Of a DNA stretch of 64,000 bases, positions 12,436 through 25,446 are shown in pieces. Numbering within the stretch: the first letter of the stretch is position 1; each line of letters opens with the position of its first letter. The DNA is from Felis catus (taxonomy: Eukaryota): positions 9,796,001-9,860,000 of the forward strand of contig NC_058368.1 of the NCBI RefSeq assembly GCF_018350175.1. Direction: 5' to 3'. The translations under genes and the position numbers were made by a program. The notes under the pieces are model-generated. The model was not told where the DNA came from and searched no databases. It saw nothing but the letters and a program-made list of their open reading frames with translations.

Positions 12436-12939
12436 ATGGTGACATTCACGATCCTCCTTCTACATTCCCTTTATAACTGGTCAATGTCTTCCCAGTTTCG
12501 CCTCTTATTTCAAAAGTGTCACTGGTGTCCAGTCCTGTACAGGCTTCTGTCAGCCTTGTGCAGATGCAGTCCGACAGCACCTTACTCTGAGCCTGTGCTG
12601 CAAACTCCTTTCTGGCCCCAGGGCTACACTGGTGTGGTGGCAAAGGACTCCCACCACACCGGAAACCAGCCGTCAAGGTCTATCGGGCCACCCTTGACCA
12701 CGGAGGGACCGTGAAAAATGCTTCCCCGGTTTTGATCTCCAGGGTGGCCGATTCTGAAATGCGTTTTGCAAGTTTCCCCAGAAGCTGTTGTAGGACCAAG
12801 TAGCAGATATTCGTAACGGCTGTCAATGTTAAAAAAGGAACGTTGGATTGGCTTTCCCTCCTTCCTGGGGTCATCCTTCTGTTTCTCATAACCTGCTCAC
12901 ATCCTCCAACAAGCTACCTGCAGGAGAGCCCAGACTAAC

Positions 12940-13110
12940 AGAGTGTGGTAAGGTGAACAGAACACAAGCTTAGGACTAGGCAGACTTGAATTTGGACCTA
13001 AGTTCGGTCATTCATTACCTATGATCTTGAGCTGGTTAATTTCATCTCTCAGCCTTACTTTCCTCTGTTTATAATGAAGATAATAATACCGTGCAGGACT
13101 CTGATCATTA
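12940..13110 (+). mobile_element. MIR SINE
   Basis: GGCAGACTTGAATTTG...TGATCTTGAGC...TCTCAGCCTTACTTTCCTCTG...ATAATGAAGATAATAATACC MIR core. Confidence 0.75.
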
Positions 13111-13419
13111 GAAATTAGAAATTCCCTCCCCTGATATGTGTGTGTGTGCGTGTGTGTGTGTGTGTACATGTGCGTATAAAGACATACATAAATTTCTAGA
13201 GTAGTACTTGACTATAATAAAGCACGTTGGATGTCTGCCCAGCAGGGAGCTATCTCACCACTTCTTAAAGTTTACTCCTATTTCCCTTAAAACTTACTAC
13301 TCCTCCCCTCAGCTCCTTGGAAGTGGGCTTATGTGTCCACATTTTTACTAGGAGACTTTGTGATCCTCCCCCTCATGCTATAGCTAATTAAACTAGGAGT
13401 AGATTCTTTATCTGGGGAA

Positions 13420-13790
13420 ATTGAATTTGAGATCAAGAAAGAGGCGGTTCGCCTCACATATGGCTTTAGCTATAAAATGAAATCCAGGATCTATGGAGTG
13501 GCCGGCCACACTTTGCCACATCGAGGAACAAGCACAGCGAGCCTGCTTTATAGAAAGCAAATATGAAGCAGAGTGCTTCATTATGATACTTCGTGAAGAA
13601 GCAGAGACAAGAGACAGAGAGGACGTGAGCAAGAACTTCTCAAGAGTTTTGATGGCTTCTAGTTCTAGGGTCTATTTCCTTCTTGAGGCCCAGCTGCATT
13701 CTTCTACCTCCAACCCTCTTTTGCACTGGCTAATTTTAGTCACTTTCATTAGCAACCAAAATTCTAGCCAATGCACTGAACACACTCTTA
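13420..13790 (+). mobile_element. Old MLT1 (MaLR) LTR fragment
   Basis: GAAGCAGAGACAAGAGACAGAGAG...TGAGGCCCAGC...TCACTTTCATTAGCAACCAAAA resembles old MLT1 LTRs. Confidence 0.5.
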
Positions 13791-14756
13791 CCCTAATAAA
13801 CAATGTCCTGGATTATTTTTTTAAATAATCATCCTAAATTTACGAAAAGACAAACCACATTTCACAATATACTGGGATATATTAAATCTAAATTTCAGGA
13901 AGAAATTCTCAACTTGTAGACGGATACTTAAGAAAACTAGTATGACCTCAATACCTCAGAGGAATGTGTTGTCTTATTTCTACCTAAGATTTTCAAAGCT
14001 TTGGGACCTCGAAAGTGCTCTTAATTCAAAACCTTCATGTCATTACCATAATCTAGTATGTATAAGGACTATGCATACAATGTATAGCCAAACTAGGATG
14101 TATAAGGATTATTGTGCCTGAAACGTTAATCTGTATGGATCTCACAAAATACTCAAGGCTGTTCATGCACTTAGTGGGGAATGAGAATTATTCAAAAGAA
14201 AGAGTCTACTTTCTCAATAGGAAAAGTGTCAGAAAGTCACAAAGACCTCAGAAAAAGCAACTTTTGGAAGCTTCCTCCATAGCTGTCAATAAACAGAAGG
14301 CACAAGTGAGTCTTTAGAGAGTATACATTACAACAATTTATTGAGTTCTCAAGACACTAAAATCAATTTACTTACATAGCAAAATAAAAACAAATTATTT
14401 CTTATTCTGATGTTTTGTAACATCATAGCTTTTCATGATTTTAGGTAAATTTTTCAAATGTGTGTAATGGGGAAGAATAATTGTACAATTTGTTTTCGTA
14501 GGCTAATAAAATTTGCACGGAAGCCCACATATTTTTAAGGTTACCTTTTTCCATGTTTTCACCTTTACTTTTTGACACAAGCAGTGTTCAAGGGAAATAA
14601 ATTGCCCAACTCTAGTAAAAAAATTCATTGGCTGCTGTATATCAGTCGAAATAATGTAATCTCTAAAAATTTAATTCAAAACTTAATCATAGGATCCTCA
14701 ACACCAGATCCAGGACTGAAAAATAATGGTCTATATTATTTTGCACTGTTATTTGC

Positions 14757-14757
<1 letters not shown>

Positions 14758-14799
<42 letters not shown>
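14758..14799. repeat. (TG)n microsatellite
   Basis: Perfect TG run abutting a SINE tail. Confidence 0.97.
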
Positions 14800-14800
<1 letters not shown>

Positions 14801-14803
<3 letters not shown>

Positions 14804-15017
14804 TTTAATTTTTTTAACGTTTATTCTTTTTTTGAGAGACAGAGACAGAGAACAAGTAGGGTAGGGGTAGAGAGAAAGGGAGACACAGGATCTGAAACAG
14901 GCTCCAGGCTCTGAGCCGTCAGCACAGAGCGTGACGTGGGGCTCAAACCCACAAACTGCGAGATCATGACCTGAGCCAAAGTGCGATGCTTAACTGACTG
15001 AGCCACCCAGGTGCCCC
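14801..15017 (-). mobile_element. Felid SINE
   Basis: Reverse SINEC_Fc ending CCAGGTGCCCC. Confidence 0.95.
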
Positions 15018-16329
15018 AATATACCTCTTGAAGGCAAAGACCATGCTTTATGTCTCTTGTATATGCCCAATGCCTAATGCGATGCTCTGTCCATGGCTGT
15101 GCTCCAATTAACGCTGACCAAAGAATCCTAGATTTATAGATTCGCCTTGGAGTTAGAGGCTGTTGGAGGTCGTCTAACCCAATGCTCTAACTACCGTTCT
15201 ACTTTCTGAACAGCCAGCCTTTGCAAAAACACATCCAGAGAAAAGAATGCCTCTGTGCCAAGTCAATTTTATCAACCACAACAAAGCTAATTGTTATATA
15301 ATAGTCAAACTGAGTCAAACTCTCTTTTTTTAGTCTTTTGTCCATTGGTTCTATGTCTCCCCTTGGGAATTATATCGAATACAGTTATGGGTGGAACAGG
15401 GAACCTCAGGGTGAGGGGCAGGAAGAAGGGTTATTCCTCCACATTCAGAGATGGACTCGAAACGCAGGTCCATCAATTTGGTAGGTGTTGAAGTGGGTTT
15501 TGAGTTTGGAATATTGTTACATCAGTGCCCCAGAGGTTCCAATGCTTGGCTCGCTCCCTCCCCTTTTCACATGTCTGGCATATCTTGTGTATGCCTGCGA
15601 AGGATCCAGGCTAAAACTGTAATGACATATATACCTAAATTAGCATCATACAACTTCCCAAAATCAAGCCGATGCAAAAGCTATTAAAAAAAGGATAATG
15701 TAGGGAACAAGAATTTGAGTTGCTGCCTCTTGCCTTTCCCTTGGAGCAAATATGGAAGGGGAAGCTTTTCTTGTCAATTCTGACTTGTGGCAACCTGGAA
15801 ACTTAACCCTCGCTTGCTTGAGATTGGCTACCTTGATTGCCTGACTACCTTCCTCCGTGAAGATGTAAAAATGATCAAATAAAATATTCTAGATACTGTG
15901 TTCTCTATAATTTGATGCCACCCAAGTTTATGTTTGCCTGGCAAAACTGAACCGTGCTGAATTTTAAGGACTAGTGTCTGTATCTCGCATCTCACTGTTA
16001 GCCAAAACGGTGGAGTTGAAAATCATTTGCTCACCAAGACCTCAGGAGAAATATATAAAAAGACAATTGAAATGAACACATCATTCACATAAAAAAGAGA
16101 TAAACATTTTTTTTAAGATGAAAAAATGTACAACCTTGCTGGCTTTAGAGAACTAGAAATGAAAACAGCTGGGCTTTTAGCAATAATACCCGTTCTCACG
16201 GAAACACCAAGTCTACCTTCAGCAGCCATGGGCCACGAAATCCTCCTTCCTACAACCCAAGACATTCTGAAAGATACAATTCAATCTTTCAAGCGTCCAC
16301 AATTACTGCAAATGTTAATCCTCAAAATC

Positions 16330-16704
16330 TGTTTTAGCTCAGCTGCCCTAACGAATTGCCATAGACTGTGTGGCTTAAACCACAAACGTTTATTTCTCAC
16401 CATCCCGGAGGCTGGAAGTCCCAGATCAGGATGCCAGCCTGATAAATTTCTGGCAAAAGCCCTCATCCTGATTTCCAGGTGGCCATCTTGTTCTGTGTCT
16501 TCACCAGGCAAAGAGCAGAGACAGGGGAATAGCAGCTCTCTTCTGCCTCTTCTTAAAAGGGTACGCTCTCCACCCTCGTGACCCAACCACCTCCCAGAGG
16601 CCTTCCCTCCTGAAATGATCACACTGGAGGTTAAGATTTCAAACTATGAATCTGAGGGCGGGGTGCGGGGTGGGGGGGGGAACACAAGGATGCAGCTCAT
16701 AACA
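16330..16704 (-). mobile_element. MLT1A-like MaLR solo LTR
   Basis: TG...CA ends; GGCTTAAACCACAAACGTTTATTTCTCAC...GGAGGCTGGAAGTCCCAGATCAGG. Confidence 0.88.
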
Positions 16705-16734
16705 AAACCACAGGTGTTTGCACAACTTAGTGCA

Positions 16735-16923
16735 ATGGTTCTCAAAGTAAAATTCTGGACCAGCTTCTTTGGCAGTGCTTGGGAGCCTGTTAGAAATGCA
16801 AATTCTTGGGTCCTACCTACTTACTGAATCGAAAACTCTGGTGGTGGCGGGGGGGGGGGGGCAGCAATGCATTTTGACAAGCCTCTAGGAGATTCTGATG
16901 CACTTTAAAGTTTAGAGACTACT
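16735..16923 (+). mobile_element. MER5A (hAT-Charlie)
   Basis: GGTTCTCAAAGT...TGTTAGAAATGCAAATTCTTGGG...GATTCTGATGCAC...AAAGTTTAGAGACTACT. Confidence 0.85.
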
Positions 16924-17187
16924 CCTGCCGACTGGATTATGCCCTTGAGGGCAGGCACCAAGGCTTGTGGAGAGTTGAAATCCCGGCACGTGGCTCGTAG
17001 TTGAATGGCTAGCCTACACATTTCCTCAGAACTCTGAATCTATGTTGGCTTTTTTTTTTTCAAATTAAAAATAGCTTTTGAGTGCTTCGCCAGAAATAAG
17101 AGGATGTTTGCCGCATCCACCTGTGGTGCAAAGTTACTAAATTATTATATTTCCATCTCTCCTTAAATTAGGATTTTCCAACCCTGT

Positions 17188-17398
17188 CATTTTTTCTCAG
17201 CCTTGGCATTGTGGACCAGATCGATTCTGTGCTGTGGGAGTCTGTCTCCTGCCTTGCATGTTTAGCAACATCCTCGGCCCCTATCTCTACCTAGAGGCCA
17301 GTTGCACCCACCCAGTCAGGAGAATCAAACATGTTCCCACATGTTGCTAAATGTACTCAGGGGTGGGAAGCAAAATCCTTCCCTGTTGAGAACCACTG
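17188..17398 (+). mobile_element. MER20 (hAT-Charlie)
   Basis: TTCTCAGCCTTGGCA...TGTTTAGCAACATCC...GCAAAATC...GTTGAGAACCACTG. Confidence 0.85.
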
Positions 17399-18179
17399 CT
17401 TCAGATCATTCGCTCCCAGGATAGATTAGGCACTTGCCTCTCCCCAAGGCTAGTTGCTTTTGCTTTCAGACCGGCTAGTCAAGGGCACCAGGGGAGAACT
17501 GCCTTCTTGCCATGACAATGACCACTGACCAAACAATGGATTTACAGGTTAAACCCCCAATCTCAGCCAGATTGCCAGGGTTTTGATGCCGATTCGCAGC
17601 GCTTCCTTGGGCAGCACATCCGAGTCATTTGTCACAATTATGAAACGACGGAGGTCAGATCCGGACTGTCCACACCTCCTCAACAATACGGCATACTAAA
17701 AAGGAGTGGTATAGATGTGCCTGTAGTAGGCTGTCTACTCTTGACGCACAAGATCTAAATTTAGAAAGCTACATGTGTAAATCCAATTTTTAAGACAGAG
17801 GATGGAACGCAGTTTCAAAGAGACGGGCACCTGGAATGCCGTGGAGTTCTACTGCTGCTCAAGTCAGGCAGAAGGGAACCGAGGAAAATTTACAAAAATG
17901 TATTTAAGCCCCAAGTCTCTACATAACTACTAATAGGCAGCAGAGAAGCAGAGACTGTACATAAAAAGACTAAAAATATCTCCATTTGGAAACAGCAGAT
18001 TGTGAAAGCGTATGTGACTGACAGTTATTAAATAATTAAGGGTATGACGAAGATGAATATGCATTCATTCACCAAAATTTCGTATTTTGAGAAGGTTAAG
18101 AAAAGTAGTACAGTACGATGGATGACACCTAGTATGCGTCAACCCTCAGGTACCCCAAAACTAGATCAGGCCCCTGATT

Positions 18180-19890
18180 CGCGCTCTCGCAGCACTTACC
18201 GGAATTCGTAATGGTCTATGGCTACTTGCGTGATTATTCAATGGTCTCTCATTCCCTGTACGCTACAAACTCCATGAGGGCAGGGATTATATTCTACCCC
18301 TCACTGCAGCTCCAGGGTCCAGCTCAATAAATACCTGCTAAACGAACAAGTGAATAAAGACGAGCCCCAAAGAGCCTGCGAGGGAAAAAGCTGAGAAGAT
18401 GAGAGAAGTACCAGAGAAAAGTAGGATCACGTCCATCAAAGGAGAAGACAGGTGCAAGGAGGGGCGGTCAGCGGTGTCTAATATTACAAAAGCACAACAT
18501 AAGGTAAAGATAAAAAAAAAAACCCACAAAAACTGTCCACTGGTTTTCGAGACCATGAAACTTACTGGCAAGTTAGCAGGAACCATTTCACTGGCGTCTG
18601 GGGAACAGAAGCTAACGGCAGTGGGTTGGGGAATCAAACAGGCATAAGGAAGTGGGGATAGCCAATTACAGGCCTCTCTTTCAAGAAACCTGATTTTGAA
18701 AGGAAGCACGGCTAGGTCAGTAGCGAGGAGGAAATGTGGAATCAAGGGACTCCTCTTTTCCAAGGAGTGTAAGAGTGTAACAATGGACAAAACTACTTGA
18801 GACAAAGGCCAATGTCAACAAGTAGAACACATTCCTGAAAAGTCAGGAAGGGACTGGATTGGGCTTCAATAAGTGGAAGCACATTTCTTTCCCTGGGACA
18901 AAAAATAAGGAAGAGTGGGTAGGTTCCCATGGAGGTATATTTCTAAGTATTAAGGAAGAGGCTGAGGAAATCCTGGTAGGAAGGCCTCATTCTGTTTTTC
19001 TTTTCTTCCCCCCACCCCCACCCCCATGAAGCAGGTGGCACAGTGGCAGGAGATAGGATAGTGGTAACGATACTGAAGGCCTGAAGAGTGATGGAAATTT
19101 GGAATAACTACTCAGGCCGGCAGAGGCTAGGGTTCATAAATTAGAACTGGCTTCATGTCAGATAGTTATATATATAAGGAGCAAGAGACCAGGAGCAGGG
19201 TGTCTGAAGAAAGGAAAAATCAGTAAGATGAGGATAGCTAGAGCTATCTGGAGAAGCATCTGGAGAAGTGAGGAGGAGTCTGATAACCACTGAATTTATA
19301 ACTCACGGAATTTAAAAACAAATGAAGCGTTTTAAGTAGGAAAGTGACAGATTTAAGATGACTGAGGAATATTTGCCAAAGAAAATAGAAAGAAAACCAA
19401 GGCATTCTGGAATCAGGGAATCCAACAGAAGAGAGTATTTCACAAAGGTGGGGATGTCAACAACTTCCCCGTCTGTGGAACTCAGAGTGAGGAGGAAACT
19501 CTATCTGATGGTATCGAAGTAATGGAGGTAGCTGGGATTACCCAGCCTTTGTGTGCTGAATGAGAAAAGGACCAGGAAGGTTCCTGAGGAACACAAGAGA
19601 CGCTTGCAAAGGAGACTAAGCAACTGTCAGCAGGGAGGTAGGAAAGGGGACTCAGGGAAGCCAAGGGAAGATAAGGTATCGAAAAGGAAGGACGAATGCT
19701 TAACGGTGAGCCTGCTGTCAAACATCAACCAACTGGTGAGGAGGAAGTCTCTCAAGACCCTGCTAGAACAAAGTGGAGTAGTAGGAAAGAAGACAGATGA
19801 CGTTGGGTTGAGGAGTAAGAGTGAGGAAGTGTGTGAGTGGAAACGGAGCGCAGACCGCCCTTCTAAGGCATTTAAGAAGTGCAGTTATGA
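18180..19890. mobile_element. LINE-2 relics (plus-strand 3' end ~18180-18360, then purine-rich antisense fragments)
   Basis: AAACTCCATGAGGGCAGGGA...CTCAATAAATA; GA-rich antisense L2-like tracts. Confidence 0.55.
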
Positions 19891-19891
19891 T

Positions 19892-20042
19892 GGGATGCCT
19901 GGGTGGCTCAGTGGGTTGAGCGTCTGACTCTTGATTTCAGTTCAGGTCATGATCCTAGGGGGTTGGGATCGAGCCTTGTGTTGGGCTCCTCACTGAGCAT
20001 GCAGTCTGCCTGGGATTCTCTCTCTATCCCTCTCCTTTTTTC

Positions 20043-20073
<31 letters not shown>

Positions 20074-20098
20074 CATATATATACACACACACACACAT
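19892..20098 (+). mobile_element. Carnivore SINE with (TA)n(CA)n tail
   Basis: GGGATGCCTGGGTGGCTCAG head; poly(A) followed by compound microsatellite. Confidence 0.9.
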
Positions 20099-21359
20099 AA
20101 ATCCCCCCTAGCAGCCATAGCATAGCAAGAAGTCTACTAGCCGTGCATTCTAAGGGCAATTCTCAAGCATATTTTACTAGAAAAGATTTGCTTCAAGGTC
20201 AAAAGAGATTCCTGCATTTATAAAAGCATTTAGACATTTTCTTGTTAAAGAACAGGGGAAAAATCCCCACAAATTTAATTTCTGACAGGGTGTCTGTCCC
20301 CTTATACTGCCTGGCCAATAGTAATAATATTGCCTGGGTGTTAATAATAAAATATTTTCTTTGATTTGGTACATTATAGCCATGTGCTTCAAAGGCTAGT
20401 AATGTTCCTGCAAATCTACATTTAGATTTGAGCCAACAGGAACGTAGGATCTTCATGTTAGGGGTGTCTTTGACGCAAGTGTTGCGTAGAGCAAGTGTAT
20501 TAATCAATGGAGGATAAAGACACCTCACTGCTAACCGAGATATGGTTGGAGGATTTTATGTATCCAGTTCATTTATAAACAACTTCTTTAAGCTTTATTA
20601 GCTGGTTTTCTACTCTATAACTGCGTTCTTTAATTTACAAGGCAATAAAAATTAAAATAGTAACAGGAAAACCTATCTTGCTTTTCAATAAAGAGTTTAT
20701 TTTAATAACTTCAGGGGCACTGTGCCCAAAACATTTTAGCTGTGGGAATAAATCCGATTCACATTTTTAAAGGATCGATTTTACCGAGGTGATAGATTCT
20801 CAAAGGAAATGGAGACAAATGATTAGGATAGCACATGCCTAACATACCAACCACTGTCCTGTGCTTGCAAAGATGTTTTTCAGTTCTGAAAATGGCTGGA
20901 AGTAAATTTTAGTAGGTTTAGGATAATTAAGAGTAATCGTTTCTGTCCTACAGATAGGTTCCGCTGAGATTTTTCTATTGTAGTCAGTGTGGCAATCTTC
21001 CAGAAGTCGTATTTAAAGAATGCACTTAGTACACTCAGCAGTTTTTCAAATATGTACTTTTATCCCTCTAATATTCATGATTGCAATTTATCAAATTGAC
21101 CTGATGGTATAACAAACAAGTGTATTCTATGATGCCTCATGGTGACAGAAACTGGAGACAGAAGTAGAAACTGAATGTCTAAATATCTGTTATCCTAAAA
21201 CTCAGCATGAATTACTCAGCTTTAGGAGTTGTAACAATTCTACTGCAAAATGAGTTAGTAAGCTCTAACGCTTTGGTTAACCAAATGGTCACCTAATGCA
21301 GCAAATTAAAACAAATAATGACTATAATTCATGGAGTACATAGTTCTTGCTACATGGCG

Positions 21360-21735
21360 GTATCTCCTTCACATAGACTATCGCCATACTATTATCCCCA
21401 TTTTAGAGACAAGAAAATCTTGGCTCAGGAAGGTTATGTTAAGTTATATCAAAATCACAAAATAGGGGCTCCTGGGTGGCTCAGTTGGTTAAGTGCCCCA
21501 CTCTTGATTTCGGCTCAGGTCATGATCTCACGGTTCGTGGGATTGAGCCCCAAGTGGTCCTGACGGTGGGGATCCTGCTTGGGATTCTCTTGCCCACGCC
21601 CCGCCCCTCCCCCGCTCACGTGGGTGCATTCTTTCTCTCTCTCAAAATAAATAAGTAATAAATTAATTAAAAAATTTTAACAAAATCACAAAATAAGTGA
21701 CAGAGCTGGGGACTTGAATCTCAACTATGATTGGG
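21360..21735 (-). mobile_element. MIR split by a SINE
   Basis: TTATCCCCATTTTAGAGACAAGAAAA...GGCTCAG; resumes AAGTGACAGAGCTGGGGACTTGAA. Confidence 0.7.
21465..21681 (+). mobile_element. Carnivore SINE
   Basis: TSD AAAATCACAAAATA. Confidence 0.94.
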
Positions 21736-21928
21736 GTCATGTTAAACTTCTGGTTTTGAATTTATATTAGGTCAATAACTCACTTTTGGCCCTGTGACCC
21801 ACACAGGCAAGCCATCACTTGCAAACAGCCTCCTGCTCCCTCATTGTCCACTTTCACTGTCGGGACTCTTGGCGCACTGCCATGGGAAACGCTATAATTT
21901 TGGAGGTTTTAAATCTTGAGGGTTTAAT

Positions 21929-22162
21929 GGGGCGCCTGGGTGGCGCAGTCAGTTAAGCGTCCGCCTTCAGCCAGGTCACGATCTCGCGGTCCGTGAGTTC
22001 GAGCCCCGCGTCAGGCTCTGGGCTGACAGCTCGGAGCCTGGAGCCTGTTTCCGATGCTGTGTCTCCCTCTCTCTCTGCCCCTCCCCCGTTCATGCTCTGT
22101 CTCTCTCTGTCCCAAAAATAAATAAACGTTGAAAAAAAAATTAAAAAAAAATAAGAATAAAA
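21929..22162 (+). mobile_element. Young felid SINE
   Basis: CpG-rich SINEC_Fc; perfect 18-bp TSD TAAATCTTGAGGGTTTAA. Confidence 0.97.
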
Positions 22163-22387
22163 TAAATCTTGAGGGTTTAAGAAAGGAAGATACCAAAAAG
22201 CAGGCCTAGCCTAGGTGAGTAGGTTCCTGGATAGAGCTGGCATGTTTATGGGTAAGCTCTCAAGGCCAAAAATATATGCCCCAAACTGTCTATTTCCTTT
22301 CACTCCATAATATTGCCCGAAATCCTGCCAATTAGAATTTTATTTGGATCTCGTCTCAATTTTTTTTCTAAATACTTGTGAAGATTA

Positions 22388-22436
22388 CTTTTTTTTAAAG
22401 TTTATTTATTTATTTTGAGAGAGAGGGGGTGGGAGG

Positions 22437-22488
<52 letters not shown>

Positions 22489-22614
22489 CTCAAGCAGGCT
22501 CAGCACTGTCAGCACAGAGCCCAACGTGGGGCTCGGTATCGCAAACCGTAAGATCATAACCTGAGCTGAAATCAAGAGCCGGACACCTGACCGATTGAGC
22601 CACCCATCTGCCCC
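22388..22614 (-). mobile_element. Carnivore SINE with long (GA)n
   Basis: Reverse SINE body; GA microsatellite ~22441-22485. Confidence 0.94.
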
Positions 22615-22785
22615 TTGATTTTTAATGCACATACAAATCATCTGGAAACCTTGTTAGAATCTGAATCTGATTCAGTAGGTCTGGGGATGGGTCTGAGAGG
22701 CTGCCTTTCTACTGCACTCCCAGGTGATGCCTGGTGACATGCATCATGTCACGTGAGGACCCTCCGATGCTGGTCCTCAGACCAC
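22615..22785 (+). mobile_element. MER5-family fragment
   Basis: GAATCTGATTCAGTAGGTCTGGGGATGGG...CTCCCAGGTGATGC...GGTCCTCAGACCACAC. Confidence 0.7.
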
Positions 22786-23374
22786 ACGGAGGGGATCAAA
22801 GATACATAAGACGTTTGATTTACATTCTCTAGCTGCCTAGCATGGCTTCCTATTTGGGGGAAATCTTCTCTTTGTGCATCATACTGGGAGGGACGAATTG
22901 AAAACGAGCAAATGAGAACAAGTACCTCCCTCACCCGTACCCTGACAACCAGGTACGGACATGTGGCCTAGGGCCGGCCAACCAGAAACCTCCTTCCAGG
23001 GCCACGATCCTTGGGCTGCATTGCAAAGACGCAAGGGCAATTTAGAAATCATTCCCGGCATGAGTGGCATTTAGAGTTCAACGTAAACGGGGCCAGAGGC
23101 AGTGTCCTGTTCGGACCACTCCTTGGCCCACCTGTATAGCGATACTTGACCATTTTCTGAACACCGTGAAGCGTCTGCCCAGTTTGCCAGTGTCTGTCCA
23201 CTCTTCCTCAGTCCACAGGGGGAAAGCCTGGCAGCTATCTGATACGGTGCATCCCTATGTCTCCGTATTTCCTGAAGCCAAATTACAGACGGAGGAACAA
23301 ACTCAAGTTTTTAATATTCTGAGGCTCAAAATGAGCATTTTGATGGACACTGCACCACGGCAGGTGTTGACAGA

Positions 23375-23705
23375 ATGCCGGACTTCTGTTAAAGGTCAGA
23401 GAGTAAATATTTTAGACATTCTGGGCCACATATGGCCTCTTTTGTAACAACTCAACTTTACCACTGTAGGGCAAGAGTAGCCCATAGACGATGCATAAAT
23501 GAACGAGCTCTGCTCCAATATAATTTTATTTGTGGACCCTGGGATTTCTGCATTTTATATACTTTCAGGCAATAGTTTTCTTTTTTTGATTTTTGTCCAA
23601 CGGTTTAAAAAGGGCACAGCCATTTTTATTTTTAGCCTGCAGGCCATACAAAATTAGGCAGTGAGCTGGGTTTGGCCCACAGGCTATATACTTTGCTGAC
23701 CCCTG
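23375..23705 (-). mobile_element. MER58B-like (hAT-Charlie)
   Basis: AAAGGTCAGAGAGTAAATATTTTAG...TTTGGCCCACAGGC...TTTGCTGACCCCTG. Confidence 0.85.
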
Positions 23706-24899
23706 GTTCTGAAGCAGTGATACCTTGATCTGATTTATACCAACACATGTTCTCGTTGAAACCATGCATTTCTCTCTTCTTACCAAGTCAACAGGATGTT
23801 ATTCTGAAAAATGAAGTGGTTGTACTTATTGAATCCAGCATTTAGATCGTGTCATTTACTTTCTCAATATTTTGATCTTTATGGAAATCAATCATAGCAA
23901 CTTAAAAGGTGAGCAGTGATGGAATACACTAAATAATCGGCTGATTAAACACCTCCTCAATAGGCACTGCGGTAGGAACCACACATACAAAAAGGAACAA
24001 GGTAGTAATTAACTTTGAGGAGATTTTGGTCGGGAGATCTGACGAACAAATGAGTTTTGATTTTAAAAATGTGTGTAATGCTATTTTTGTGGGCAGCCTG
24101 CTATGCATATTGGTAGAAAAATTTTTTCAAAACGGAGTTACAAGTCTCTACAGCCTGGGTGTCCTTGAACTAACAACTACTCCAGACCATTTTAGGTAGA
24201 GGTGCCAGGATGCCAACTATTCAAACTTTGAAGTCTTGGGCAACGGGTCCTGGTATTAGCACTGTCCTTTTCCCAGTTACAGGTCACACTATTGTGGTGG
24301 AAAAAAAAATGCAGTAATTTCCTATCTTTCCTTATTCAGCACTGGTAGCCAATTCCCAAGCTTCATTCAGAGCCAAAGCCCCGAAGCATCAAGAATACTC
24401 ATCTCCATCTTCCTGTTAGCCAAATTTCCAATTACGCATGCCTGGGGCGAGGTACATTCCTGCTGAAAAGGGGCTAACACGGTGTTCTGATGGCTGTTGG
24501 TATGTTGTTTAGTCGGGTGCTTCTTAGAACGTTCCATCATGGCTCTCAAGCCCAAACCACATCACGTGCTTCTAGCTCCACTGCTTGTTCTTGTCTTTTC
24601 CCAAATATAGTTAATAGGCTCTGGAAACTAAACAGTACTGACATATTTGACAAAGAAAACTGGACAAATCCCAACAGCAGTTCACCTGCCCCTGAAGATG
24701 AAGACCTGCCCACCGGGCAGAGGTTTAGCTGTACCTAGAAAATTAATCTTGAAGGGTTCCATGACCACACTGGCAACGAAGCTCTACTCTAGTATTCCCA
24801 CTGGGTGGAATCTTCAGGAAGTATAGTTTTCCTTTACCAGTTCATCCTCTCTTTCACCTCACATTCTGGTTCTTTCTCTTACATGGTGGTCTCTTACAT

Positions 24900-25295
24900 A
24901 GTGGTTGAATGATGGTCTTGTGACTTGATTTGGAAAAATGGTCTTTGCAGATATAATCAAATTGAGGAACTTGAATGAGATCACCCCGGACTGAGAGTGG
25001 GCCCTAAATCCATGGCAGGTGTCCTTATAAGGGAAAGACAGAGGGGAAGGCCTTGTGAGAAGAGAGGCAGAGACCGGAGCGATGCAGCCGCAAGCTAAGA
25101 AATGCGGGCAACAACCAGAAGCTAGGAGACACGTGTGGGACAGTTTCTCCCTCAGAGCCTCCAGAAGGAACCGATCCTGCTGACACCTTGATTTTCAACT
25201 TCTGGCCTCTAGAGCTGTTAAGAATAAATTTATGTTGTCTTAAGCCACCAAGTTGGTGGGTGATTTGTTATGGCGGCATTAGGAGACGCATTCAC
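24900..25295 (+). mobile_element. MLT1C/D-like MaLR LTR
   Basis: GTCTTTGCAGAT...CCTCAGAGCCTCCAGAAGGAACC...GAATAAATTT...TAAGCCACCAAG. Confidence 0.85.
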
Positions 25296-25446
25296 AGTAT
25301 AAAAAATGGTTATGAAACAATGGTTCATCCTAGGACCTCGCCATGTTTTTAGTAGCACAAAGAGGTTAATGAAGGGCTGCAGTTTTGTATTCAGCAAAAC
25401 AGGCACGAGCCTAGGTCTACAGGGCTGGTGGGACAAGCGATTTTAA

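Noticed and set aside
16126..16622. 151-aa and 113-aa ORFs
   Set aside because: Mostly overlap an MLT1A LTR; no recognisable domain
17540..17760. Stop-free frames on both strands in CpG-containing unique sequence
   Set aside because: No recognisable protein similarity and no convincing acceptor/donor pair
18338..18805. 155-aa hydrophobic ORF
   Set aside because: Lies in degraded LINE-2; hydrophobicity reflects a pyrimidine-rich strand
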